A DNA stretch of 64,000 nucleotides from the NCBI GenBank assembly GCA_020633435.1, contig JACKDP010000002.1:695788-759787 (forward strand), written 5' to 3'. Numbering within the stretch: the stretch's first letter is position 1; every line of letters starts with the position of its first letter. Under the pieces are notes generated by a model. It had not been told where the DNA came from. It saw only the letters and a list, made by a program, of their open reading frames with translations, and ran no database searches. Made by a program: the position numbers and the translations under genes. The stretch comes from Myxococcales bacterium. Its GTDB lineage: Bacteria > Myxococcota_A > Bradymonadia > UBA7976 > UBA1532. Of the stretch, positions 30,714 through 39,737 are shown in pieces.

Positions 30714-31724
30714 TTGAAGATCCTCGTCGCCGCCCTGGCCCTCGGCCTCGCTCTCCCGGCCTTCGCCGAGGACGAGTCCTTCCCCATCTCCGGCTCCCTG
30801 AGCACCGGGGTCAGCTTCAACCACGGCAACTTCACCGACCTGGGCGGCGTCGAAGGCGGCGCCGGCTACGTGCGCGGCTCGCTGTCGGGCAGCGTGGGCT
30901 ACACCCTCCCCGTCGAGGGCCTCTCGGCGTCGGCCAGCTTCAGCCTGACCAAGCCCCTCGAGGAGAACTTCGTGCGGGCCTCCGGCGCCACCCAGCCGGG
31001 CAAGACCGAGATCAGCGACATCGGCCTGGGCCTCGGCTACGACATCGCCACCCTCGGGCCGGTCAACCTGGGCAGCAGCCTCGATCTGGTGGTGCCCCTG
31101 TCCAACGCCAGCCGCGCGGCGGGCCTCATCACCAACATCTCCCCGGGCCTCTCGGCCTCGGTGAAGCTGCCGGCGGGCTTCTCCCTCTCGGCGGGCGCTG
31201 GCCTGAGCTACAACGTCAACGAGGACGCCACCCAGCAGCTCGACTGCGACGAGTTCCGCGACCTCTGCGACCAGCTCGGCGGCGCCGGCGGCCTGGGCCA
31301 GCCCAACTCCCTCTGGGGCTTCAGCGCCAACGGCGGCCTCGGCTGGAAGGCCCCCCTGCCTGGCCTGAGCCTGCGCGCCGGCTACTCCTGGGGCACCGGC
31401 CTCAGCGCCGTCGAGTTCAAGAAGGATGAGTTCACCTCGGAGTTCGCCCAGACCGGCGCCCAGCTCCAGGGGGACTCCCACGGCACCAGCTTCGGCATCA
31501 GCTACACCCCGAGCCCCATGGTCGAGGTGCCCGAGGGCGAGAAGGCCCCGGCCCCCGAGGGCGCCTGGGCCGCGCTGGGTCACTTCACGCTGTCGCTCAG
31601 CATGTCGACCCGCCAGAGCTTCTACTCCTCCGATGGCTCTCGCGTGACGGTGCCGATCTTCGACTTCGAGACGGGCACCCAGCAGCGCACGGTCTACGGC
31701 ATCTCGCTCTCGGCCAACCTGTAG
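30714..31724 (+). CDS. putative secreted/outer-membrane beta-rich protein
   Basis: TTG start with a GGAGGAAG Shine-Dalgarno sequence. Signal peptide KILVAALALGLALPAFA. Mature part is Ser/Gly-rich with alternating polar/hydrophobic residues. Confidence 0.5.
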   Translation: MKILVAALALGLALPAFAEDESFPISGSLSTGVSFNHGNFTDLGGVEGGAGYVRGSLSGSVGYTLPVEGLSASASFSLTKPLEENFVRASGATQPGKTEISDIGLGLGYDIATLGPVNLGSSLDLVVPLSNASRAAGLITNISPGLSASVKLPAGFSLSAGAGLSYNVNEDATQQLDCDEFRDLCDQLGGAGGLGQPNSLWGFSANGGLGWKAPLPGLSLRAGYSWGTGLSAVEFKKDEFTSEFAQTGAQLQGDSHGTSFGISYTPSPMVEVPEGEKAPAPEGAWAALGHFTLSLSMSTRQSFYSSDGSRVTVPIFDFETGTQQRTVYGISLSANL

Positions 31725-31916
31725 CCCCTCGATCGAAGGGCCGTGGCCGCTCGGCCGCCCCCCGCGCCGCGCCGGCGCCCCAACCTCCCGATTCCCTTGA
31801 CCAAATCTGTAGAGCCCGTCAGGCTGCGTCCGGCGCTCGGGCGGAACCTTTCACGCAGTGGAGGCATCGACCTCGGCGTCTGCACCGCCGCACCTGCGGC
31901 TCTGGAGGAGGAATCG

Positions 31917-32648
31917 ATGTCCTACGCCGATTTTCGTCGTCGACAGTCCGAAGCGATCCATGACGGCTTCACCACGGCTGCTGATGCGTCGGCCACTGAT
32001 CGGGCCGACTTCATCCGGCTCACCTACCTGCACCTGGGCGGCGCCATCCTGGCCTTCGCCGGCCTGACCGCGCTGCTGGTGAACTCGTCCTTCGCGCCCT
32101 CGATGATGGCGACGCTGGCGGGCAGCCCCTACTCGTGGCTGCTGGTGCTGGGCGCCTTCATGCTCGTCGGGGCCGTCGCCCAGCGCTGGGCCTCGTCCGG
32201 CGCCTCCGTGGGCATGCAGTACACCGGCCTCGCCCTGTACGTGCTGGCCGAGGCGGTCATCTTCGTGCCGCTGGTCTTCATCGCCAACCTGAAGGCGCCC
32301 GGCTCCGTCGGCACCGCGGCCGTGCTCACCGCCACGGTCTTCGGCGGGCTCACCGTCACCTCCCTGGTGACGAAGAAGGACTTCTCGTTCCTGGGGCGGG
32401 CGCTGACCATCGCCGGCTTCGCGGCGATGGGCATGATCATCGTGTCGATCCTCTTCGGGTTCACCCTGGGGTCGTTCTTCTCGCTGGCGATGGTGGTCGT
32501 GGCCGCGGGCTACATCCTCTATCAGTCCTCGCAGATCATGTATCACTACCCCATCGGCTCCCACGTGGCCGCCTCCCTGGCCCTCTTCGCCTCGGTCGCG
32601 CTGCTGTTCTGGTACATCCTGCGCCTCGTGATGGCCTCCCGCGACTGA
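31917..32648 (+). CDS. Bax-inhibitor-1/YccA (TMBIM) family inner-membrane protein
   Basis: GGAGGA Shine-Dalgarno sequence 6 nt upstream. Seven hydrophobic helices. TLTYLHLGGAIL and the C-terminal charged tail are typical of the BI-1/YccA family. Confidence 0.85.
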   Translation: MSYADFRRRQSEAIHDGFTTAADASATDRADFIRLTYLHLGGAILAFAGLTALLVNSSFAPSMMATLAGSPYSWLLVLGAFMLVGAVAQRWASSGASVGMQYTGLALYVLAEAVIFVPLVFIANLKAPGSVGTAAVLTATVFGGLTVTSLVTKKDFSFLGRALTIAGFAAMGMIIVSILFGFTLGSFFSLAMVVVAAGYILYQSSQIMYHYPIGSHVAASLALFASVALLFWYILRLVMASRD

Positions 32649-32693
32649 CCCGCCCCCATTGACTTCCGGCGGCGCCCGCCGGACAGTCCACCC

Positions 32694-33257
32694 ATGCGCT
32701 ACACACCCCTCTTCTTCGTCATCGGCGCCGTCAACCTGGGCGGCTGCGATGCCCAGCGCCCCGACGATGACGGCGCGGGCGGGTACGGCGGCTTCTCCGA
32801 CAACTCGGGCTGGTACGACGACGACGGCTTCGGCGGCCAGGCCGCCCAGGGCGGCGGCGGCCAGGGCGGGCAGCTCGACTTCGGGCCCGACGCCTTCGAG
32901 AGCGACAACTCCGGCTGGTACGACGCTGAGGGCCCCGAGCCCGACCTGGACGCCGGGCCGGACGCCGGGCCCGACGCCGGGCCGGACGCCGGCTCCGACG
33001 GCGGAGCGGAGGCCGGCGCCGGCGCGGATGGGGCGACCCACGACGGCGGGGCAGACGCGGGCACCGCCGCACCGGAGGCAGGGCGCCCCGCCGCCGACGC
33101 CGCCCCCGACGGGCAGGCCTGCGCGCCCGGCCGGCACGGGCTCGACTGGACGGCCCTCGCCTTCTGCGCCCCCGAGGGCCGACCCGCGGGCCTGCGGCCC
33201 TACCGGGGCCTGACCAGCCCCTTCGTCATCGACCCCGACGCCGTCGTCCGAGGCTGA
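32694..33257 (+). CDS. small acidic lipoprotein (paralogue A)
   Basis: Lipobox NLGGC. SGWYDDDGFGG repeats. Conserved C-terminal block LDWTALAFCAPEGRPAGLRPYRG. Confidence 0.6.
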   Translation: MRYTPLFFVIGAVNLGGCDAQRPDDDGAGGYGGFSDNSGWYDDDGFGGQAAQGGGGQGGQLDFGPDAFESDNSGWYDAEGPEPDLDAGPDAGPDAGPDAGSDGGAEAGAGADGATHDGGADAGTAAPEAGRPAADAAPDGQACAPGRHGLDWTALAFCAPEGRPAGLRPYRGLTSPFVIDPDAVVRG

Positions 33258-33262
33258 CCCCG

Positions 33263-33577
33263 ATGCCCAGCTACCGCGCCCACCTCTTCGTCGTCCTCGG
33301 CGTGGCCACCAACCTCATCGGCTGCAACTCGGGCTGGTACAGCGACGAGGGCCTCGATGAGGGGCTCGACGCCGCCCCCACGGACGCCACCCGCCCCGAC
33401 GCGGCGGCCGACGCCGGTGCCGACGCGGCCGATGGCGCGCCCGACGCCACCGATGGCGAGGCCGCGCTCCCCCGGCTGGACTGGGAGGCCCTGGCGTTCT
33501 GCGCCCCCGAGGGCGTGCCCGCGGGGCTGCGCGCCTGGCGCGGCCGACCCGGCCCCTTCCAGGTGGACCGCGCGTGA
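33263..33577 (+). CDS. small acidic lipoprotein (paralogue B)
   Basis: Lipobox NLIGC. SGWYSDEGLDEG. C-terminal LDWEALAFCAPEGVPAGLRAWRG is shared with the upstream gene. Confidence 0.6.
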   Translation: MPSYRAHLFVVLGVATNLIGCNSGWYSDEGLDEGLDAAPTDATRPDAAADAGADAADGAPDATDGEAALPRLDWEALAFCAPEGVPAGLRAWRGRPGPFQVDRA

Positions 33578-34320
33578 ACGACGTCCAGCGCACCTGGTTT
33601 CGGCAGGCCCGCACCGAGTACACCGCCGCCAGCCTGGTGGCCGAGATGACCCACTGGCTCATCCGCCTGGGCGTGGGCCCCGACCTGCTCGTCCGCGCGA
33701 CGCGGGTGGTGAGCGACGAGGTCCGCCACGCCACCATCTGCCGCGAGCTCTACGTCCATGTGGGCGGTGACCCGGGGCCCGTCGCCCTCAACCCGCGGGC
33801 GCTCGCCCACGCCGATGATCCCGACGCGCCCACGCACCTGCGCGCCATCACCGCCGCCGGCGAGCTGGCGTGCGAGGAGTCGGTGGCGCTGACGGTGTTC
33901 CGCATGCGCCTGGAGAACGCGCGCGACCCCATGGCCCGGGAGGTCTGCGAGGTGATCCTGCGCGATGAGGCGACCCACCGCGTCTTCGCGTGGGACACCC
34001 TCGACGCCCTCACGGCCCTCGTCGGCCAGGAGGCCACGCGCGCCTGGGTGCGGCCCCGCATCGCCTGGTGGCTGAGGACGTACCTCGGCGCGAAGCTGCG
34101 GCCCGTCGAGCCGACGTTCCCGCCCGAGGACCTGGCGTTTGGCCTGATCGACCGGCGGGCCCACTGGGCGGCCATGCGCCAGACGGTCGAAGCGCAGGTC
34201 CTCCCCCGGTTTCAGTCGCGCGGGCTGCTCGAAGCCGAGGCGACGCCGGCGATGCTCATCGCGGAGCTGGAGGCCCTGGGCGGCGTGCCGCCCGGCCGGT
34301 CACCCCCGGCAACCGCCTGA
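33574..34320 (+). CDS. ferritin-like di-iron-carboxylate family protein
   Basis: GTGA overlap with the upstream gene. Two ExxH motifs in helices (VSDEVRHATICREL and ILRDEATHRVFAWD), consistent with a four-helix-bundle di-iron site. Confidence 0.6.
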   Translation: MNDVQRTWFRQARTEYTAASLVAEMTHWLIRLGVGPDLLVRATRVVSDEVRHATICRELYVHVGGDPGPVALNPRALAHADDPDAPTHLRAITAAGELACEESVALTVFRMRLENARDPMAREVCEVILRDEATHRVFAWDTLDALTALVGQEATRAWVRPRIAWWLRTYLGAKLRPVEPTFPPEDLAFGLIDRRAHWAAMRQTVEAQVLPRFQSRGLLEAEATPAMLIAELEALGGVPPGRSPPATA

Positions 34321-34353
34321 CATCAAAGAGAAAACGGGAGGGCGTGCGGGGCG

Positions 34354-35280
34354 TCAGGCCTCGGGGCCGAAGCCCAGGATGAGGTAGCCGCCCGACTTCT
34401 CCTCCTTCTGGATCTCGAGGAGGCCGCGGTCGCGCATGTCTTCCAGCAGGCGGTTGAAGTTGCGGTAGCCGTGGAAGGTCTCCGCGAACTGGGGCTGCTT
34501 GCGCTTGATGGTCTGCTTGACCATGGAGCCCCACAGGCTGTCATCCCGCTCGCGGAAGAGGCTGTCCACCGTGTCGAGCACGCGCTCGATGGCCTGCAGG
34601 CGCAGCGTCTCCACCGACTCCGTCTCGGCGGCCGGCGCCTCGGCCACGACGGCCGGGCGCTCGGCGGCGGGCTTCTCGGCCACCACCGGCCGCTCGGCCG
34701 GGCGCTCGGCGGGCTTCTCCGCCGGCTTCTCGGCGCGGGCGTCCCGATCGCCGCCGCGGCGCCGGCCCCGGGGGCGCTCGGTGCCCGCCGTGCGGGGTCG
34801 CACCAGGTCGTCGTAGAAGATGAACTGGTCGCAGTTGTCGATGAGCAGCTCGGCCGAGGAGTTCTTCACCCCGAGGCCGATGACCGTCTTGTTGTTCTCC
34901 CGCAGCTTCGAGACCAGCGGCGAGAAGTCCGAGTCCCCCGAGACGATGACGAACATATGGACGTGCTCCTTGGTGTAGCAGAGGTCCAGAGCGTCCACGA
35001 CCAGGCGGATGTCCGCGCTGTTCTTGCCCGAGTAGGAGACGTGGGGGATCTCGATGAGCTCGAAGGCGGCCTCATGGAGCGGGCGGCGCGCGCTCTTGTA
35101 GCGCGACCAGTCCGCGTAGGCCTTCTTGACGACGATGTTGCCCTTGTCCAGCAGGCGCTCGATCACGAGGCCGATGTTGAACTCGTCGAAGCGCGCGTCG
35201 CGCACGCCGATGGCGACGTTCTCGTAGTCACAGAAGATGGCGATGTTGGGAGCCTCTTGGAGGCGAGTGAGCGTTTCCAC
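34354..35280 (-). CDS. NYN (LabA-like PIN) domain protein with a C-terminal OST-HTH/LOTUS domain
   Basis: IAIFCDYENV...KKAYADW...GKNSADIRLVVDALDL...FVIVSGDSDFSPLV is the NYN/LabA signature. C-terminal helical LOTUS-like module. Confidence 0.85.
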   Translation of the reverse strand: METLTRLQEAPNIAIFCDYENVAIGVRDARFDEFNIGLVIERLLDKGNIVVKKAYADWSRYKSARRPLHEAAFELIEIPHVSYSGKNSADIRLVVDALDLCYTKEHVHMFVIVSGDSDFSPLVSKLRENNKTVIGLGVKNSSAELLIDNCDQFIFYDDLVRPRTAGTERPRGRRRGGDRDARAEKPAEKPAERPAERPVVAEKPAAERPAVVAEAPAAETESVETLRLQAIERVLDTVDSLFRERDDSLWGSMVKQTIKRKQPQFAETFHGYRNFNRLLEDMRDRGLLEIQKEEKSGGYLILGFGPEA

Positions 35281-35447
35281 GGCGGGCAGCCTACACCACC
35301 GCCCGCGCGATGGCGAGGACGGAATCGGACCCCCGAAGCCCGCCCGCGAGACCTCTCCCGCGTAGCCACATGCCTACATCATCTTGTTGAAATCAAAGGG
35401 GAATTCTCGCTTGCTCGGCACCACCCCCGGGCCCTACTCTCCGCGCC

Positions 35448-37633
35448 ATGCGGTACCCCCTGTTGCTGGTCCTGGCGGTGGCGGCGTGTGACGGGCCAGT
35501 CGCCCGGCCAGCCGCGCCAGTGAGCGCCGCGGCAGCCCGGCGACAGCCGCGCCCGCGACGGCAGCCCCCGCGCCGCAGGTCGTCCGCCCCGAGGACCTGC
35601 CCCTCATCGGCCTGCAGGAGCTCGCCCAGGCGCGGGCCCGCCTCGAGGGGCTGGCCGCGTCGGCGCCACCGCCGGCGGTCGTCGACGCCCTCATGGGCCT
35701 CGCCACCGAGGAGCTGAAGGCCGGCACCGTCGAGGCCGCCCAGCAGGCCCTGGAGCGCGCCGCCCTCGTGCTGGCCGACGCGCCCCCCGAGGCCGACGCC
35801 CGCCGCGAGCTGCTGCTCTTCCTGCGGGGGCTGGCGGCGCTGCGCCTGGGCGAGCAGCGCGGCTGCCGGGAGCACCACGGGCCGCGCAGCTGCATCCTGC
35901 CGCTCACCGGGGACGCGGTGCACCCCGATCCGGCCCCGGCCCGCGCGTCCATGGCGGCCTTCCAGGCCCTGGCGGATCGCACGCCCCCGGGCGAGTGGCG
36001 GCACCACACCAGCCGCTGGCTGCTCAACATCGCGGCGATGGCCGCCGGGGCCTGGCCGGATGGCCTGGCCCCGGCGGACCGCCTCACCTTCCCCACCGCC
36101 CCGTTCAAGGCGTTCCCCAACGTCGCTGGCGCCCTGGGCGTCGACGCCTACGACCACGCCGGCGGCGCCCTGGCCGACGACTTCGACGGCGACGGCCGCC
36201 TGGACCTGATCTCCACGAGCTTCCACCCGGCCGAGCCGCCGCGGTTCTGGCGGGCCGACGGCGCCGGCGGCTTCGTGGCCGAGGACGCCGGCCTCGGGGG
36301 CGTGCTCGGCGGCCTGCACATCGTGCACGGCGACTACGACGGCGACGGCGACCTCGATCTCTACCTGCCGCGCGGCGCGTGGATGCGCGCGGCGGGGCGC
36401 CTGCCGGCCGCGCTGCTGCGCAACGACGGGGGCCGCTTCACCGACGTGGCCGCCGCCGTCGGCCTGGCCGACGCCCAGCCCAGCCAGGCGGCGGCCTGGG
36501 CCGACTGCGATGGCGACGGCGATCTGGACCTGTACGTGGGCGTCGAGACGGAGCCGGGGCTCCCCAGCAGTCGGCTTTATCGCAATGATGACGGGCACTT
36601 CACCGACATCGCCGCCGCCGCGGGCGTGACCAACGACCGCTACGCCAAGGGCGTGGCGTGGGGCGACTACGACGGCGATCGCTGGCCCGACCTGTACGTG
36701 AGCAACCTGCACGGGAAGAACCGGCTGTACCACAACCGGGGGGACTGCACCTTCGAGGACGTCGCCGCGCAGGCCGGCGTGGAGGGGCCGGATGACAGCT
36801 TCGCGACGTGGTTCTGGGACTTCGACGACGACGGCCACCTGGACCTCTGGGTGGGGGCCTACACCCTCGCGGGCGCCCCCGACCACCTCGCCTACGTCGC
36901 GGCCAGCCACACCGGCGACCCGCACCCGGCCGCCGTCTCCCGGCTCTACCGCGGCGATGGCCAGGGGCGCTTCACCGACGTCGCGCCGGCGATGGGCCTG
37001 GCGGCGGCGACGCTGCCCATGGGCGCGGGCTTCGGGGACGTCGATCAGGATGGCTGGCAGGACGTGTACCTGGGCACGGGGGCGCCGGAGCTCGACACCC
37101 TCGTGCCCAACAAGCTCTACCGCAACGTCGCCGGGCAGCGGTTCGAGGACGTGACCGTCGCGGCCGGCGTCGGCCACTTGCAGAAGGGCCACGGCGTCGT
37201 CTTCGCCGACCTGGACGACGACGGGGATCAGGATCTCTGGGAGCAGATGGGCGGGTTCTTCGAGAACGACGCGTTCTTCAACGCGCTCTACGAGAACCCG
37301 GGCTTCGGGGGCCACTGGATCGACGTCGAGCTGCGCGGCCGGCGCAGCAACCGCTTTGGCGTCGGCGCCCACCTCTTCGTCGAGGCGGACGGCCACACCC
37401 GCCACCGCGTCGTCGGCTTCGGCTCGAGCTTCGGCAGCCGGCCCCTGCGCGAGAACATCGGCCTGGGGAGCGCCACCCGCATCACCCGGCTCATCGTGTG
37501 GTGGCCCGCGACGGACGAGCGCCAGCTCTTCACCGACGTGCCGGTGGACGCCCACCTGCGCATCGTCGAGAGCGACGACACCCTCATCCGGCTGGCGCGG
37601 CCCGCCACCCCGCTGGCCACCGGCCCGCGCTGA
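35448..37633 (+). CDS. ASPIC/UnbV (CRTAC1-like) lipoprotein with FG-GAP repeats (frame break after signal peptide)
   Basis: FG-GAP/VCBS repeats (DFDGDGRLDL, DYDGDGDLDLY, DCDGDGDLDLYVG, DYDGDRWPDLYV, DFDDDGHLDLWV). C-terminal UnbV_ASPIC-like block. Lipobox LAVAAC at 35448 in frame 0; the body is in frame 2 from before 35693. Confidence 0.75.
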
Positions 37634-37638
37634 CCCGG

Positions 37639-38217
37639 CTACTTCAGCCGGAAGCTCTGGGCCACCGTCTCGAAGGTGGGCAAGAGGGCGTCGAAGCGGC
37701 GCGAGGGCGACGAGCACGTCACCACGAACGCCGTCTTTTCGGGCACATAGATGTAGTACAGGTGGTGCGTCGGCTCGCTGATGCCGTCGTCGTCCGTGAT
37801 GATCCGGCGGACGCGCAGGTCACCCACGCTGTAGTTGCGGACGTCGCGCTCGTGGGCCGCGCCGCCCATCATCATCCTCGAGAAGCGCTGGGCCTGCTTC
37901 CAGTAGTCCTCGGGGCTCATGGCGCTGCCGAGGGGCTCCGCCACCACGATGCACATGGCCGTCGGCTCGTCCGACGCGTTGCAGGTGATGAGCTTGCCGC
38001 CGTGGCTGCGCCAGCCCTCGGGGCAGCCCAGGCTGAAGCCCTCCCCCTCGACCGTCGAGAGCGCGACCTGGGCCCCGGCCGGCGCGGCGGGCGGCGGCCA
38101 GAACATCACCGCCAGGACGCCACCGCCGGCGGCGAGGACGATGCCGATGGCGACGAGGACGCCCAGCCGGCGGCGCTTCTGGAGGGCATCCTGGAACGCG
38201 TCGGTGTGGCTCGACAT
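37639..38217 (-). CDS. membrane-anchored hypothetical protein
   Basis: MSSHTD...RRLGVLVAIGIVLAAGGGVLAVMFW TM segment followed by a 150-aa domain. The start overlaps the upstream aminotransferase stop. Confidence 0.5.
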   Translation of the reverse strand: MSSHTDAFQDALQKRRRLGVLVAIGIVLAAGGGVLAVMFWPPPAAPAGAQVALSTVEGEGFSLGCPEGWRSHGGKLITCNASDEPTAMCIVVAEPLGSAMSPEDYWKQAQRFSRMMMGGAAHERDVRNYSVGDLRVRRIITDDDGISEPTHHLYYIYVPEKTAFVVTCSSPSRRFDALLPTFETVAQSFRLK

Positions 38218-38218
38218 G

Positions 38219-39535
38219 TCAGCTCCGGGCGAGTCGTCGGCAGGCGGCGTCGACGTTGGCGAAGAGGTCGTCCAGCTCGGCGAGGGGCGTCGACGAGAAG
38301 GCCAGGCGGATGAGGCCATCGGTGGCGATGACCCCGGTGTCGTACTCGGCCAGGAGGAGCTGGCGGACGGCCTCGGCGTCGGCGCTCACGGGGCGCACGC
38401 ACATGAAGTAGCCCGAGTTGAACGGCAGAGGCGTGAAGCTCTCGGCGTACTCGGGGTGCGCCGCGAGGACCGCGACCACCTTCTCGTAGCGGCGGCGCAG
38501 GGTGGCGTGCTTCTCGGCCTTCTGCGCGGCGTAGTCGGGGTGGTCGTAGGCGGCCAGCAGCAGCGACTGGGCGAGGTTGGGCGCGTTGGAGATGTTGCCG
38601 CGGATGGCCCCGGCCGTCTTGTCCTCGAGGGCGCTGTAGGTGTCGCGGGTGGCGCCGGCCATGCCGTACGTCAGGAAGCCCACCCGGAAGCCCCACACGT
38701 AGTCCTCCTTCGTGGCGCCGTCGATCTTCACCGCGAGCACGCGGGGCGACAGCGTCGAGAGGGGCACGAAGAGGGACGTCTCGTGGATGCCGGCCTCGAA
38801 GACCAGGCCGAAGTAGGCATCGTCGATGAGGACCACGATGTCATGGCCGGCGGCGGCCGCCTTCCCGATGGCCCGCACGATCTCGATGGCCTCGCCCTCG
38901 GTGGGCGAGTAGCCGGTGGGGTTGTTGGGAAAGTTCAGCAAGATCACGCGCTTGCCGGGCGTGCCGTCCATCAGCTTCGCCGCCAGGCCCGCCACGTTGA
39001 AGCGGCCGTCGACGAAGGTGGGGAACGGATCGAGCACCGCGCCGAAGGCCGCCTGGAAGATGAGGCGGTAGTTGCCCCAGTACAGGTCGGGCAGGATGAG
39101 GCGGTCGCCGGGATCGAGGAAGAGCTCACCCGCGATGCTGAGGCCATGGGTCAGGGCGCAGGTGACCACGGGGACGCTGTGGCCGCCGTCGGCGAGGCCC
39201 GGGTTCTTGGCCCGGATCATCGACCCCCACCGCTGGCGCAGGGCGGGCTTGCCGAAGCTCGGCGCGTACAGGACCTGTTCGCCCGGGGCCAGCTCTACCT
39301 GCTCGGCCACGCAGTCGAGGACCAGGGGGCGACCGTCCTCCTCCAGCGCGACGCCGATGGTGGCGTTGATGCGCTTGCCGCGGGCCTCGGCGGACTGGCC
39401 GAGGATGCCCTTGTGCGGGAAGTACGCGGCGCGCCCCCGAGCGGAGAGCAGGCGCAGCGCGGCGGGGCACTCCCCGTCGAGGCGGGCGTTGAGCTCGGCG
39501 GCGAGCGGCGACAGGCTCATCTTCGTCTCCCCCAT
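38219..39535 (-). CDS. PLP-dependent aminotransferase, class I/II fold
   Basis: NFPNNPTGY...KEDYVWGFRVGF (PLP-Lys region) and overall AAT-like layout. Start taken at MGETKMSL (39535). Confidence 0.8.
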   Translation of the reverse strand: MGETKMSLSPLAAELNARLDGECPAALRLLSARGRAAYFPHKGILGQSAEARGKRINATIGVALEEDGRPLVLDCVAEQVELAPGEQVLYAPSFGKPALRQRWGSMIRAKNPGLADGGHSVPVVTCALTHGLSIAGELFLDPGDRLILPDLYWGNYRLIFQAAFGAVLDPFPTFVDGRFNVAGLAAKLMDGTPGKRVILLNFPNNPTGYSPTEGEAIEIVRAIGKAAAAGHDIVVLIDDAYFGLVFEAGIHETSLFVPLSTLSPRVLAVKIDGATKEDYVWGFRVGFLTYGMAGATRDTYSALEDKTAGAIRGNISNAPNLAQSLLLAAYDHPDYAAQKAEKHATLRRRYEKVVAVLAAHPEYAESFTPLPFNSGYFMCVRPVSADAEAVRQLLLAEYDTGVIATDGLIRLAFSSTPLAELDDLFANVDAACRRLARS

Positions 39536-39737
39536 GGCCACGGCGCGCGCGGCCGTGCAGGTGAATGTGCGCAGGCGCGTACCCCGGCCGGCGCCGGGGG
39601 GAATGTGGCCCAAGGAGGGGCGCGCGGGCAAGGGGCCACACACGTGCCCACGGTCCTTGACGCGCCGCGGGCAGCGGGGGATCGTGCGCAACCGTAACCG
39701 ACGGTGGCGCGCCACCGTGGACCTGGAGGATCTGGCC

